NCBI GenBank assembly: GCA_040901985.1
Contig: JBBDYC010000012.1
Coordinates: forward strand, 1 to 56,445
DNA: 56,445 bases
Direction: 5' to 3'
DNA from: Gemmatimonadaceae bacterium
GTDB taxonomy: Bacteria > Gemmatimonadota > Gemmatimonadetes > Gemmatimonadales > Gemmatimonadaceae
The notes beneath the pieces are model-generated. The model was not told the origin of the DNA. It was given only the letters and a program-made list of their open reading frames with translations, and did no database searches. Shown here in pieces: positions 43,044 to 53,139 of the stretch. Made by a program: the position numbers and the translations under genes. The stretch's first letter is position 1. Each line of letters starts with the position of its first letter.

Positions 43044-45154
43044 GGGAAGATGAACCCCCTTCGCGGACACTCGGTGACGGGCTCCGTGCCGGGCAGGAAG
43101 ACCTCGACGCGCACCGTATCGGAGAGGCAGCCGATGCCGGCGCGCAGCCCCGTCGCCGGGTCAATCTCCACGGTGACGATGCCGGGCGGTCGCGGCCAGT
43201 CGGGCGGCGTCGGCTTGCGCTCGTAGACCTCGCGCATGAACGAGATCCAGGCGGGGGCGGCGAGGCGCCCGCCCTGCGCGTTGCCCATGATCTCCTTCGG
43301 CTGGTCGAATCCCATCCAGACACCCGCCACCAGGTCGGTCGTGAAGCCGACGTACCACACGTCAGTGTAGTCGTTCGTGGTTCCCGTCTTCCCGCCCGAC
43401 GGTGTGTGGAAGCCGCTGTTCCAGACCGCCACGCCGGTGCCGCGGCGCACGGCGTCCTTCAGCATATCCACCATGATCCACGCCTCCTCGCGCGAGAGGA
43501 CCTGGATCCGCTCGGCCGAGTGCTCGTACAGCCGGCGCCCATCGAGGGTCTCGACGAGAAGGATTGGGTCGGGCGTGACGCGCCAGCCGAGGTTCGCGAA
43601 GGTCGAGTAGGCGGCGATCATCTCGAGCGGAATGACGTCCGCGGAGCCAAGGGCGATCGAGGGGTACGCGGGGACGCGCGTCGTGATGCCGAAGTTCTTC
43701 GCCATCTCGGCCACACTTCCCTCGCCGAGTTCCATCGCGAGCCGGATCGCCGGCAGGTTGCGCGACCGGATGAGCGCCCGGCGCAGCGTGATTCGACCCT
43801 CGAATCTCAGGTCGTAGTTCTGCGGGGTCCACAGGGAGCCGTCGAGTTGCGGGACCTCGATTGGCTCATCGTCAAGAAAGTAGGTGGTCGGACGCCCCGT
43901 GCGGATGGCGGTCGAGTAGACAATCGGCTTGAAGGTCGAGCCGGGCTGCCGGAGGGCGCGCGTCGCGCGGTCGAACTTGGAGTCGTCGAAGTCGCGGCCA
44001 CCGACGAGGGCGCGGACCGCGCCGGTGCGCGGGTCGATCGCGACGAACGCGCCCTGCAGGTACGGGGAGTTCGCCACGACCGCGGCCCCGTCGGCACCGC
44101 CGGCGGCGCGCGCGAGGTAGGCCTCGTACGTCTGATGCAAGAACTCGCCGTACGTTCCCGCCTCGATGTTGCGCAGCTGACGCTCCATTGCGCGCTCGGC
44201 GGCGCCCTGCATATCGAGGTCGAGGGTCGTCACGACGCGCAGCCCCTGGTCGTAGACCTGCCGGCCGAACCGACGTTCGAGCTCGGCGCGGACCCACTCG
44301 ACGAAGTAGGGGGCGATCTCGCCGGCGCCGCGTGCGGGACGGTAGAGTCGGAGCGGGTAGGCCTTGGCGACCGAGGCGTCGGCGTCGGAGAGGACGCCGG
44401 CACGACGCATCAACTCGAGCACCGTGTTCCGACGCTGGATCGCGCGATCGGGGAATCGGCGCGGATTGTAGCGCGACGGCGCCTTCGGGAGGGCCGCCAG
44501 CATCGCCCCCTCGGCCACGGTGATCTGGCTGACCGAGCGCCCGAAGTAGCGCTGGGCGGCGGCTTCGACACCGAACGCGCCCGACCCGAAGGAGATCTGG
44601 TTCAGGTAGAGTTCGAGGATCCGCTCCTTGGAAAAGCGCCGTTCCAGCTGACGCGCCACCTTGGCCTCGCGGAACTTGCGCGTCAGGTTCGCCATCGCGC
44701 TGGACGCCTTGGTCCGCGACGGCAGCTGCTCGGGGAAGATGTTCCGCGCCAACTGCATCGTGATCGTCGAGAATCCCTCGACGAAACTGCCGGCCCGGAT
44801 ATTCGCCAGCAGGGCGCCTACGACGCGCGGATAGTCGATCCCCGCGTGTCCGTAGAAGCGCTTGTCCTCCGTGATCACGAACGCGTCAATGACGTGCGCC
44901 GGGATCTGGTCGAGCGTGACAAGCGAGCGGCGCTCGAGCCCAACCTCTCCGATGAACCGGCCGTCCCGCGCGTGCAGGCGCGCCGGCTGGCGCGGGCGGT
45001 ACTCATTGAATTGCTCGATTGACGGACAGGTCTCCGCGCTGCAGAGGAACCAGGTCCAATAGACGCCGAAACTGGCCATCCCGAGGAAGCCGAGGCCAAG
45101 GACGCCGATGGCGGCGTAGATCAGGACGGCACGTTGGGTGGCGGAGAGTCGCAT
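43040..45154 (-). CDS. class A penicillin-binding protein (PBP1A family)
   Basis: EDKRFYGHAG, GFSTITMQLARN, RKFRE, ELYLNQI transglycosylase motifs; QPGSTFK, SRN, KTGT transpeptidase motifs. Confidence 0.95.
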   Translation of the reverse strand: MRLSATQRAVLIYAAIGVLGLGFLGMASFGVYWTWFLCSAETCPSIEQFNEYRPRQPARLHARDGRFIGEVGLERRSLVTLDQIPAHVIDAFVITEDKRFYGHAGIDYPRVVGALLANIRAGSFVEGFSTITMQLARNIFPEQLPSRTKASSAMANLTRKFREAKVARQLERRFSKERILELYLNQISFGSGAFGVEAAAQRYFGRSVSQITVAEGAMLAALPKAPSRYNPRRFPDRAIQRRNTVLELMRRAGVLSDADASVAKAYPLRLYRPARGAGEIAPYFVEWVRAELERRFGRQVYDQGLRVVTTLDLDMQGAAERAMERQLRNIEAGTYGEFLHQTYEAYLARAAGGADGAAVVANSPYLQGAFVAIDPRTGAVRALVGGRDFDDSKFDRATRALRQPGSTFKPIVYSTAIRTGRPTTYFLDDEPIEVPQLDGSLWTPQNYDLRFEGRITLRRALIRSRNLPAIRLAMELGEGSVAEMAKNFGITTRVPAYPSIALGSADVIPLEMIAAYSTFANLGWRVTPDPILLVETLDGRRLYEHSAERIQVLSREEAWIMVDMLKDAVRRGTGVAVWNSGFHTPSGGKTGTTNDYTDVWYVGFTTDLVAGVWMGFDQPKEIMGNAQGGRLAAPAWISFMREVYERKPTPPDWPRPPGIVTVEIDPATGLRAGIGCLSDTVRVEVFLPGTEPVTECPRRGFIFP

Positions 45155-45269
45155 GGCGTGGAGCGGAAACTAACCAAACGGCAGGGGAAATGAGCCGCGA
45201 GGAAGGAGGGGTTCGCGGCGGTGCTACCCCGCTGGTGACTTCGCCGTCCATCTCCCGTAGCTTTCCGGC

Positions 45270-46562
45270 ATGCCGCCCACCCGGACTCCCCTCCACGACG
45301 AGCTCGCCTGGCGCGGGCTGCTCCACCAGCAGACCGAGGGATGCGCCGAGGCGCTCGCCCGTGGGCCGGTGGTCGGCTACTGCGGGTTCGACCCGACGGC
45401 CGAGAGTCTCCACGTCGGGAACCTCGTCTCCCTGATGGGCCTGGTGCGCCTGGCGCGTGCCGGCCACACCGCGCTGGCGCTGGTCGGCGGCGGGACCGCG
45501 ATGATCGGCGACCCGAGCGGGAAGAGCGAGGAGCGGCCGATGCGGTCGGCCAAGGAGGTCCGCGCGAACGCCGCGTCCATCGAGGCGCAGATACGCCGCG
45601 TCGCCGCCAACGCGCTCGGCGCCGACGACGCCAGGAAGCGCGTGCTCGTGCGCGACAACGCCGAGTGGCTCGCCAAGGCGAAGCTGATCGGCTTCCTCCG
45701 CGAGGTGGGGAAGCACTTCACCGTGAATTGGATGATGCAGAAGGAATCGGTGAAGTCGAGGATGGAGAGCGGGATCAGTTTCACCGAGTTCTCCTATATG
45801 CTGCTCCAGGCGTACGACTTCCAACGCCTGCACGAGAAGGACGGGGTGACGCTCCAGCTCGGTGGCAGCGACCAGTGGGGGAACATCACCGCCGGCACCG
45901 AGTTGATCCGGCGCACGGTGCGGGGCGAGGCACACGGGTTGACCTTCCCGCTGCTGACCGACGCGAGCGGGAAGAAGTTCGGGAAGACCGAGGCGGGCGC
46001 CGTCTGGCTCGACGCCGGGCGGACGAGCCCGTACCAATTCTACCAGTACTGGATCAACGCCGACGACGCCGAGGTCGCGCAGTTGCTCCGGACGTTCACC
46101 CTGCTGGCACGGGACGAGATCGAGCGGATCGAGGCGGCGCACGCCGCCGCGCCGCACGAGCGCGGGGCGCAGAAGGCGCTCGCGGCAGCGGTGACGACGC
46201 TGGTGCACGGCAAGGGTGCGGCGGCGCTCGCCGACCGGGTATCGGCGACCGTCTTCGACCGGAAGGCGGATGCGCACGCGCTGAAGGACGCGGAGTTCAA
46301 GGTGCTCGCGGCCGAGATGCCGTGCGTCAGGGTCGTGGAGGGCGCGGCGGGCGCGGTGGACATCGTGGACGTGCTGGCGACCGCGTTCGCGCTGTCGAAG
46401 ACGGCGGCGCGGAAGCTCGTGCAGCAGGGCGCGGTGTCGGTGAACGGGGCCAAGCTGGCCGCGGATACGGTACGCGTGCCGGCGGGCGATGCCGTGCGCG
46501 GGCGCTGGATGCTCGTGCGGAAGGGCGGGCGGGAGATCGCGATCGTCGAGCTCACCGGCTGA
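45270..46562 (+). CDS. tyrS: tyrosine--tRNA ligase
   Basis: YCGFDPTAESLHVGN, SYMLLQAYDF, QLGGSDQWGNI, KFGKT, C-terminal S4 domain. Confidence 0.98.
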   Translation: MPPTRTPLHDELAWRGLLHQQTEGCAEALARGPVVGYCGFDPTAESLHVGNLVSLMGLVRLARAGHTALALVGGGTAMIGDPSGKSEERPMRSAKEVRANAASIEAQIRRVAANALGADDARKRVLVRDNAEWLAKAKLIGFLREVGKHFTVNWMMQKESVKSRMESGISFTEFSYMLLQAYDFQRLHEKDGVTLQLGGSDQWGNITAGTELIRRTVRGEAHGLTFPLLTDASGKKFGKTEAGAVWLDAGRTSPYQFYQYWINADDAEVAQLLRTFTLLARDEIERIEAAHAAAPHERGAQKALAAAVTTLVHGKGAAALADRVSATVFDRKADAHALKDAEFKVLAAEMPCVRVVEGAAGAVDIVDVLATAFALSKTAARKLVQQGAVSVNGAKLAADTVRVPAGDAVRGRWMLVRKGGREIAIVELTG

Positions 46563-46580
46563 GCGCCGCGCGGGCCGGCG

Positions 46581-48224
46581 CTACGGCGCTTCCGTGAGAA
46601 ACGCCAACCCGCTCTCCGGACCCTTTTCCAGCGCCCAGCGCAGCCGCCACTCGTCCCGGAAGACGAGCACCGGATGCCCTTTTGCGTCGTAGAGCAGCGT
46701 GAGATCTGCTGACGCGCCGAGGCGTTCGATCGCCGCGGTGGACCCGGTGACCCAGCGCGGATACCGATACGGAAGGTTCTCCAGCGTGCAGGGCGCACCG
46801 TATTCGTGCTGCAGCCGGTGCACCATCACGTCGAACTGGAGGAGGCCGACCGCACCGACCACCGGCACCGGCCCCATCTGCGACTCGAGGTAGAAGACCT
46901 GCGCCGCCCCCTCCTCAGTCAGCTCGCGCAGCCCCTTGTCGAGCGCCTTGCGCCGCAGCGGGTCCTTCGAGACGATCCGCGCAAAGTGCTCCGGCGCGAA
47001 GCGCGGGATCCCGACGTACTCGGCGAGTCGGCCGTCCGCGGTGCGTGGCGCATCGGCGCCGGCGAGCGTGTCGCCGATGCGCAGCGTCCCGCGGTCGTGC
47101 ACGCCGACGACGTCGCCGGGCAGCGCCTCCTCGGCAAAGGCGCGCTCGCGGCCGAGGAACTGCTGCGGCGGCGCCAGCTTGAAGCTCTTGCCGGTGCGCA
47201 CGTGCGCGACCTCGAGGCCGGCCACGTAGCGACCGGAGCAGACCCGCAGGAAGGCCACGCGGTCGCGATGCCGCGGGTCCATGTTGGCCTGCACCTTGAA
47301 GACGAATGCCGTGAACGCCGGCGATTCCGGCGGAATGACGCCGGCGCTGCTGTCGCGGCCGACCGGCGGCGGGGCGAGCGGGAGGAAGTCCTCGAGAAAC
47401 GGCTCTACGCCGAAGTTCGTGAGCGCCGAGGCGAAGTAGACCGGCGTCTGTTCGCCGCGGCGGATCGCCGCGGCGTCAAACTCGTGACCGGCCATGTCGA
47501 GCAGCTCGATGTCGTGCGCGAGGCGCGCCGCCGACTCAACGGCCTCCTCGGTGCCGCCAAGCGCCGCGACGAGCGCCGGGTCGCCGGGCGTCGGGAGGGC
47601 GATCACGCGGGTCGCCACGCGGTCGGCCCCGTGCTTGGCGTCGCGCTCGAAGAGATAGGCGCGCTTGCGCCTCCGATCATAGACGCCCCGGAAGATCGTC
47701 CCGTGGATCATCGAGCCGATGTGGATCGGCCAGTTCGCGGCGACGGCGGTGATGCCGAGTTCGTTCTCGAGGTCGCTGACGAGCTTGAGCGGATCCTCGC
47801 CCACCCGGTCGCACTTGTTGACGACGGTGAAGATCGGCATCCGGCGACGTCGGCAGACGTCGAAGAGCTGGCGGGTCCGCTCCTCGACGCCCTTGCGGTT
47901 GTCGAGCAGCATCACGACGCTGTCGGCGGCGACGAGCGTGCGGAACGTGTCCTCACCGAAGTCCTGGTGACCCGGCGTGTCGAGGAGGTTCACCTGGTAG
48001 CCGTGGTACTCGAACTGGAGCACCGAACTGGTGACGGAAATGCCGCGCTCTTGCTCGAGCGCCATCCAGTCGGAGGTGGCGTGTCGCTGGGCGCGGCGCG
48101 CCTTGACCGATCCCGCCTGATGGATCGCGCCGCCGTAGAGGAGGAGCTTCTCGGTGAGGGTGGTCTTGCCGGCGTCGGGGTGCGAGATGATCGCGAAGGT
48201 GCGACGGATGGAGAGCGAACTCAT
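46581..48224 (-). CDS. prfC: peptide chain release factor 3
   Basis: RRTFAIISHPDAGKTTLTEKLLL, SDWM..E.ERGISVTSS, DTPGHQDF, FKVQANMDPRHRDR. Confidence 0.98.
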   Translation of the reverse strand: MSSLSIRRTFAIISHPDAGKTTLTEKLLLYGGAIHQAGSVKARRAQRHATSDWMALEQERGISVTSSVLQFEYHGYQVNLLDTPGHQDFGEDTFRTLVAADSVVMLLDNRKGVEERTRQLFDVCRRRRMPIFTVVNKCDRVGEDPLKLVSDLENELGITAVAANWPIHIGSMIHGTIFRGVYDRRRKRAYLFERDAKHGADRVATRVIALPTPGDPALVAALGGTEEAVESAARLAHDIELLDMAGHEFDAAAIRRGEQTPVYFASALTNFGVEPFLEDFLPLAPPPVGRDSSAGVIPPESPAFTAFVFKVQANMDPRHRDRVAFLRVCSGRYVAGLEVAHVRTGKSFKLAPPQQFLGRERAFAEEALPGDVVGVHDRGTLRIGDTLAGADAPRTADGRLAEYVGIPRFAPEHFARIVSKDPLRRKALDKGLRELTEEGAAQVFYLESQMGPVPVVGAVGLLQFDVMVHRLQHEYGAPCTLENLPYRYPRWVTGSTAAIERLGASADLTLLYDAKGHPVLVFRDEWRLRWALEKGPESGLAFLTEAP

Positions 48225-48245
48225 CCCGGAAGCTAACGGGTCGGC

Positions 48246-48614
48246 CTATCCCGTTCCGCTGCACGCGGTGCAGTGGCGCGCCTCGGGCATCACGAGGAGG
48301 CGGCCGAAGGGGATCGGCACCCCGCACCCGTCGCAGAAACCGAAGGTGCCATCGTCGAGCCGGCGGACCGCGGACTCGAGCGCGCCGAGGCGGCCAAGCT
48401 CGCGTTCGTGCAGTCCCTTCTGCATCGCCTGGGACTGGATCGCGTCCATCCGCGAAAGGCGGCCGACGGCGGTCTGATCGAGCGCCACCGGTCCAGCCGT
48501 CGCCTCCGAGATCCGCATCGAGCGGCGCAGTCGCCCGAGCTCGGTCTCGAGCTCGGCACGCAACTCGGCGAGCTGCGACGGAGTGAGCGGCGACGGGGTG
48601 GGTGGGGACGGCAT
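48246..48614 (-). CDS. DksA/TraR C4 zinc-finger protein
   Basis: LDQTAVGRLSRMDAIQ, GTFGFCDGCG.PIPFGRLLVMPEARHCTAC; ATG 48614. Confidence 0.9.
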   Translation of the reverse strand: MPSPPTPSPLTPSQLAELRAELETELGRLRRSMRISEATAGPVALDQTAVGRLSRMDAIQSQAMQKGLHERELGRLGALESAVRRLDDGTFGFCDGCGVPIPFGRLLVMPEARHCTACSGTG

Positions 48615-48664
48615 CGCTCCAAGGTAGCGCGCCGGTGAGCGATCGGCGTCGGGGCGCGCCGCGG

Positions 48665-49834
48665 TCAGCGACCGGCGTCGAGCGCGGCGATTGCCCGCTC
48701 GACCTCCTCGAGCGTGTTGTGGAAGTGCGGCGCGAGTCGGATCGCCCCTTCGCGCACCGCGTGCGTGAGGCGCGCGTCGCGCAGCCGCCTCGCGTCTCGC
48801 TCGACGTCGGCGGTGACCAGCGCGACGATTCCCGCGCGGCGCGACGCGTCGGCCGGGGTCAGGAGACGCACATCCGGCCGTGTCGCCGCCCAGGACACCA
48901 GTCGGTCGGCAAGCGAGCGCACGTGCCGCTCGATCCGCTCCGCTCCCAGCTCCAGCAGGAGGTCGAGCGTCGCGTTCATCCCGACGAAGTCCTGGATCGG
49001 CAGCGACCCGACCTCGAAGCGCTGGGCGTCGTCGCGCCAGGCGGGATCGTAGTCGAGGAATCGCGCGAAGTCGCCGCCGCTCGCCTGCGCGAGCCATCCC
49101 GCGGCCGGCGGCTCGAGCGCCCCGATCAGCGCCGACCGCACGTAGGCGAACCCGCTCCCCCAGGGTGAGCAGAGCCACTTCTGCGCGCCGGTCGCGAGGA
49201 TGTCCACGTGCGCCGCGCGCACATCGAGCGCCGCCGCGCCGAGCCCCTGGATGGCGTCCACGGCAAACCAGGCGCCGCGCGCGCGGCAGGCAGCGCCGAT
49301 GCGGGCCAGGTTGACCCGCGACCCGCTCCAGAACGAGACCCAGGAGAGCGCCACACCCTTCACCCGGCGGTCGTCGGCGACGCGGCGCAGGACCGTCGCC
49401 TCGTCCACCGCCGTGCCGTCCATCGGCAGCAACTCGAACGTGAACCCGCGCGCCCGTGCCGCCGCCATCCACGGATAGACGTTGGCCGGGAACTCCCCCT
49501 CGCTCCCCAGCACGATGTCGCCCGGCCCGAGCGGGAGCGCGTAGGCCGCAAGGTTGACGCCCCAACTCGTGTTGGTCGTGAGGGCAATCTCCGCCGGGTC
49601 GGCCCCGATCAGCCGCGCCGCGAGGGCGCGGCCGCGGTCGAGGATGGGGAAGAAGTCCTCGCCGCGCATCCGATGCATCTCGGCGCGCCGGTCGTTGTAG
49701 GCGGCCACCGCGTCGCGCGCGCGCTGCGGGAGCACGCCAACACTGGCGTGGTCGAAGTGCGCCGCCTCGCCGCGCGCCTCCCACGGGTACTCGCGCGAGC
49801 GGAGCGCGCCGACATCGTACGGCGGCGCGCTCAC
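48665..49834 (-). CDS. class V PLP aminotransferase (cysteine desulfurase/lyase-like)
   Basis: FDHASVG, NTSWG, EFPANVYPW, VDAIQGLG, GAQKWLCSPWG, IRLAPHFHN; GTGA overlap. Confidence 0.88.
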   Translation of the reverse strand: MSAPPYDVGALRSREYPWEARGEAAHFDHASVGVLPQRARDAVAAYNDRRAEMHRMRGEDFFPILDRGRALAARLIGADPAEIALTTNTSWGVNLAAYALPLGPGDIVLGSEGEFPANVYPWMAAARARGFTFELLPMDGTAVDEATVLRRVADDRRVKGVALSWVSFWSGSRVNLARIGAACRARGAWFAVDAIQGLGAAALDVRAAHVDILATGAQKWLCSPWGSGFAYVRSALIGALEPPAAGWLAQASGGDFARFLDYDPAWRDDAQRFEVGSLPIQDFVGMNATLDLLLELGAERIERHVRSLADRLVSWAATRPDVRLLTPADASRRAGIVALVTADVERDARRLRDARLTHAVREGAIRLAPHFHNTLEEVERAIAALDAGR

Positions 49835-50772
49835 GGCTCGCGCAGGTGCGGCGGGGTGTCCGGCGGCTGGCGACGCCACCGCCGATGCTGCCAGAAGTAC
49901 TGTTCCGGATACCGGCGTACGTACCGTTCGAGCACCCGCGTGTAGTTCAGGACGGTGGCGTCCACGTCGCGCTCGCGCTCACCGCTCTGGGCGAGCGGCA
50001 CGGCCTCGGCGTGGAAGCGGTAGCGCCCGTCCGGCTGGCGGATTGCCGCGACGAAGAGCAACGGCAGGTCGCCGCGCAGCGCAAAGACCGCCGCGCCGCG
50101 CGGCGTCTTCGCCGGCCGCCCGAAAAACGGCACGAAGGTCGAGGCGAGTCCCTTCGCCCCCTGGTCGGAGAGGAATCCCACCGCGCGACCGGCCTTGAGC
50201 GACCGCGGGATCTGCCGGATCGCCGCGTCATCGAAGATCACGCGCACGCCGAGCCGCTCGCGGGTCCGCCTGAAGAAGGCGTCGCTGAGCGGGTTCACCA
50301 TATGCATCGCGATCGCGTCCACCGGCGCGCCGCGCGCCGCCATATAGGCGGCGCACAGCTCCCAGCTCCCGATGTGGCCGCTGACCAGCACCACGCCGTC
50401 GCCGCGGGCGAGCCCGGCCTCGAGCAGGGACCACCCCTCGGCGGGCTCGACGAACGCGTCGAGCACTTCCTGGCGGTCGGCGCGCGAGAGCGCGATGCTC
50501 TCGATCGCGACGCAGCCGAGTCCGCGGTACGACGCGCGCGCCACCGCGGCGACGCGCGCGTCGTCGAACTCGGGAAAGGCGGCGCGGATCGCCCGTTCCA
50601 CGCGATCGGCCCGGATGGCGAGCGGCCGCCAGGCGAGGCCGCCGACGAACGCCCCGAGGCGCGACCCGGTGCGCCAGCCGAACGGGCGGAGCAGCGTGCT
50701 GACCGCGCGGAGCGCCCAGTACTCGACGTGATGGACCAGCGTCGGCCGCCCGGCGCCCTCAGGCGTCGCCAT
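49831..50772 (-). CDS. lipid A late acyltransferase (LpxL/HtrB family)
   Basis: SGHIGSWE, FLSDQ, VPFFGRPAKT, VRRYPEQYFWQHRRW. Confidence 0.9.
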   Translation of the reverse strand: MATPEGAGRPTLVHHVEYWALRAVSTLLRPFGWRTGSRLGAFVGGLAWRPLAIRADRVERAIRAAFPEFDDARVAAVARASYRGLGCVAIESIALSRADRQEVLDAFVEPAEGWSLLEAGLARGDGVVLVSGHIGSWELCAAYMAARGAPVDAIAMHMVNPLSDAFFRRTRERLGVRVIFDDAAIRQIPRSLKAGRAVGFLSDQGAKGLASTFVPFFGRPAKTPRGAAVFALRGDLPLLFVAAIRQPDGRYRFHAEAVPLAQSGERERDVDATVLNYTRVLERYVRRYPEQYFWQHRRWRRQPPDTPPHLREP

Positions 50773-52579
50773 CGCGCGCCGGGCGGTGTTGCAGGTGATG
50801 GAGCCGCGCGTAGGCCCCGCCGCGCGCGAGCAGCTCGGCGTGCGTGCCGCGCTCGACGATCCGACCGCGGTCGAGCACGAGGATCTGCGCCGCGTGGATG
50901 ATCGTCGAGAGGCGGTGCGCGATCACGAAGACGGTGCGTCCGGCGAGGAGGCGGTCAATCGCCTCCTGCACCAGCCGCTCGCTCTCGGTGTCGAGCGCCG
51001 AGGTCGCCTCGTCGAGGATCAGGATCGGCGGGTCGGTGAGGAGGGCGCGGGCGATTGCGAGGCGCTGCCGTTGACCACCGGAGAGCCGGGTGCCGCGCTC
51101 GCCGAGGACGGTGCCGTAGCCCTCGGGAAGCGCGCTGATGAACTCGTGGGCGTTGGCCGCGCGCGCCGCCGCCTCGATCTGCTCCGGCGAGTACCGCGCC
51201 GCCGCGCCATAGGCGATGTTCGCCCGCACGGTGTCGTTGAACAGCACCGTGTCCTGGCTGACGATCCCCGTCAGCGCCCGCAGCGACGGCAGCGCGATCT
51301 CCCGCGCGTCCACGCCGTCGAGCAGCAGGCGGCCGGCAGTCGGCTCGATGAAGCGCGGGATCAGGTCCACCAGGGTGCTCTTCCCCGCCCCGCTGGCGCC
51401 GACCAGCGCGACGACCTCTCCGCGGCGCGCCGCAAACGTGATTCCCTCGAGCACGCGCTCGCGGCCGTAGGCGAAACTCACGTCCTCGAAGGCGATCCCC
51501 GTGTGGAGCCCATCCACCGTCCGCGTGCCGCGGTCGGACTGCGCCTCCGTCGGCTGGTCAAGCACGTCGAACAGGCGCTCGGCCGCGGCGAGCGAGAGCT
51601 GGGCCGTCGTCGGCGCCTGGGACAGCTGCTTGAGCGGCTGCAGCAGCCGCATCACGAGGATCATGAAGGTGATCAGCGTGCCGCCATCCATCGTGCGAAG
51701 CTCGAGGACCTCGCGCGCCCCGATCCAGAGGATCCCGACCGCGACGATGGTCCCGAGGACCTCGGTCAGCGGCGCCGAGAGGAGCGAGAGTCGCTGGATC
51801 CGCGTCATCCCCTTCGAATACCGGGCCGACGCGCCGAGGAACCGCTGGTCCTCATAGCCCTCGCCGCGGAACGACTTCACCAGGCGGATTCCGCTCACCA
51901 CCTCCTGCAGCACGCTCGTGATCTCGCCGTACTCGTTGCGGAGCCGCCGGTGCCCCTTGCGGAGCCGGCGGAGCAGCGGCTGCAGGAGACCGATCAGCAC
52001 CGGCGCGATGACGAGCGCGTAGAGCGTCAGCCGCGGCGACATCGTGAAGAGGATGGCGATCGTCACGACGATCTGCGCGGCGTTCTGGACGGTCCGCGTC
52101 GCGACCTCGGCGAGGATTGCCTTCGTCTGCTCCGAGTCGGTCAGGATGCGGGCGATGATCTGCCCGGTCTTGGTGCGCCCGAACCAGGACATCGGCAGGC
52201 GCTGCATATGCGTGAAGACGGCGGCGCGCAGGTCGCGCGTGATGTACTCCTGGAGCGACGCGCCGAGCTGTCCCCCCGCCCAGAGGAAGACGTTCTTGAG
52301 CGTCACCATCGCGATGATGACGAGGATCACGCTGCGGAGCGACCCCATCGGGTCGTCCGGCACGAGGAACGAGCCGATCAGCCACTCCTGCAGGTCGCTC
52401 AGCCATCCCATATCCTCGGCGATCTTCGTCGGCCGCCCAAAGAGCGTGTTGAGAAAGGGGATGAGGAGCGTGAAGGCGATGCCGTCGAGGGCGGCCGCCG
52501 TGACGTTCAGCACCACGTTCCCGGCGAGACGCCAGCTGTGGGGACGGAGAAAGGCCAGGAGCCGGCGATAGAGCCGCAT
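50759..52579 (-). CDS. MsbA-like ABC exporter (TMD plus NBD)
   Basis: GASGAGKST, LSGGQRQR, ILDEATSALD, IAHRLST; next to LpxL-like gene; ATG 52579. Confidence 0.92.
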   Translation of the reverse strand: MRLYRRLLAFLRPHSWRLAGNVVLNVTAAALDGIAFTLLIPFLNTLFGRPTKIAEDMGWLSDLQEWLIGSFLVPDDPMGSLRSVILVIIAMVTLKNVFLWAGGQLGASLQEYITRDLRAAVFTHMQRLPMSWFGRTKTGQIIARILTDSEQTKAILAEVATRTVQNAAQIVVTIAILFTMSPRLTLYALVIAPVLIGLLQPLLRRLRKGHRRLRNEYGEITSVLQEVVSGIRLVKSFRGEGYEDQRFLGASARYSKGMTRIQRLSLLSAPLTEVLGTIVAVGILWIGAREVLELRTMDGGTLITFMILVMRLLQPLKQLSQAPTTAQLSLAAAERLFDVLDQPTEAQSDRGTRTVDGLHTGIAFEDVSFAYGRERVLEGITFAARRGEVVALVGASGAGKSTLVDLIPRFIEPTAGRLLLDGVDAREIALPSLRALTGIVSQDTVLFNDTVRANIAYGAAARYSPEQIEAAARAANAHEFISALPEGYGTVLGERGTRLSGGQRQRLAIARALLTDPPILILDEATSALDTESERLVQEAIDRLLAGRTVFVIAHRLSTIIHAAQILVLDRGRIVERGTHAELLARGGAYARLHHLQHRPARDGDA

Positions 52580-52633
52580 TGGGACGCAAGATAGCCCCTT
52601 CCGGCGTCGAACGCGGAAGGGCAGTTTGACGCT

Positions 52634-53071
52634 GTGTCCCACTCGCCGCCGCCCTTCGCGCCCGAGCCCGCGCGCTTCCCCTGTCCGGGCCTGCTGGCGT
52701 TGGCGGTGCGCTCGGCGGTGGGCGGGGCCCGGGAGTCGTTGCTCGGCGCCTTGGTGGCGGCGCGACTGGCGGCCTCGCTGCGCGGCGCGCACCCGTTGCC
52801 GGTGGCGGCGCGGACGCTGCGGGCCGAGGGCGCGCGCACCTGGCTTGGCGCGCTGACCGTACCCGCCAAGGTCCGCGTCGCGCTTCAGCGATCCTTTGCG
52901 GCGACCGCGGGCGCCGACCTCGGCGCGGCGGCGGACGCCCTGACACAGGTGACCGACGTCACGGCGGCGCACCTTGACCGGGTGGCACGTTCCGAGCTGG
53001 TGCGTCTTGCCGACGGGCTCCGGGCCGATGCTGCCGCGCTTGCCGGGGCTCCCCACCGGGCCGTAGAATAG
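52634..53071 (+). CDS. hypothetical Ala-rich protein
   Basis: 145-aa ORF filling the gap between the ABC gene and the DnaB-like gene. Confidence 0.55.
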   Translation: MSHSPPPFAPEPARFPCPGLLALAVRSAVGGARESLLGALVAARLAASLRGAHPLPVAARTLRAEGARTWLGALTVPAKVRVALQRSFAATAGADLGAAADALTQVTDVTAAHLDRVARSELVRLADGLRADAAALAGAPHRAVE

Positions 53072-53139
53072 GGCTCCTCGGTCATCCATAGTCCTTTGAG
53101 GTCCGCCTGCGCCCCACCGACATCTCCCCGATCTCCCGC

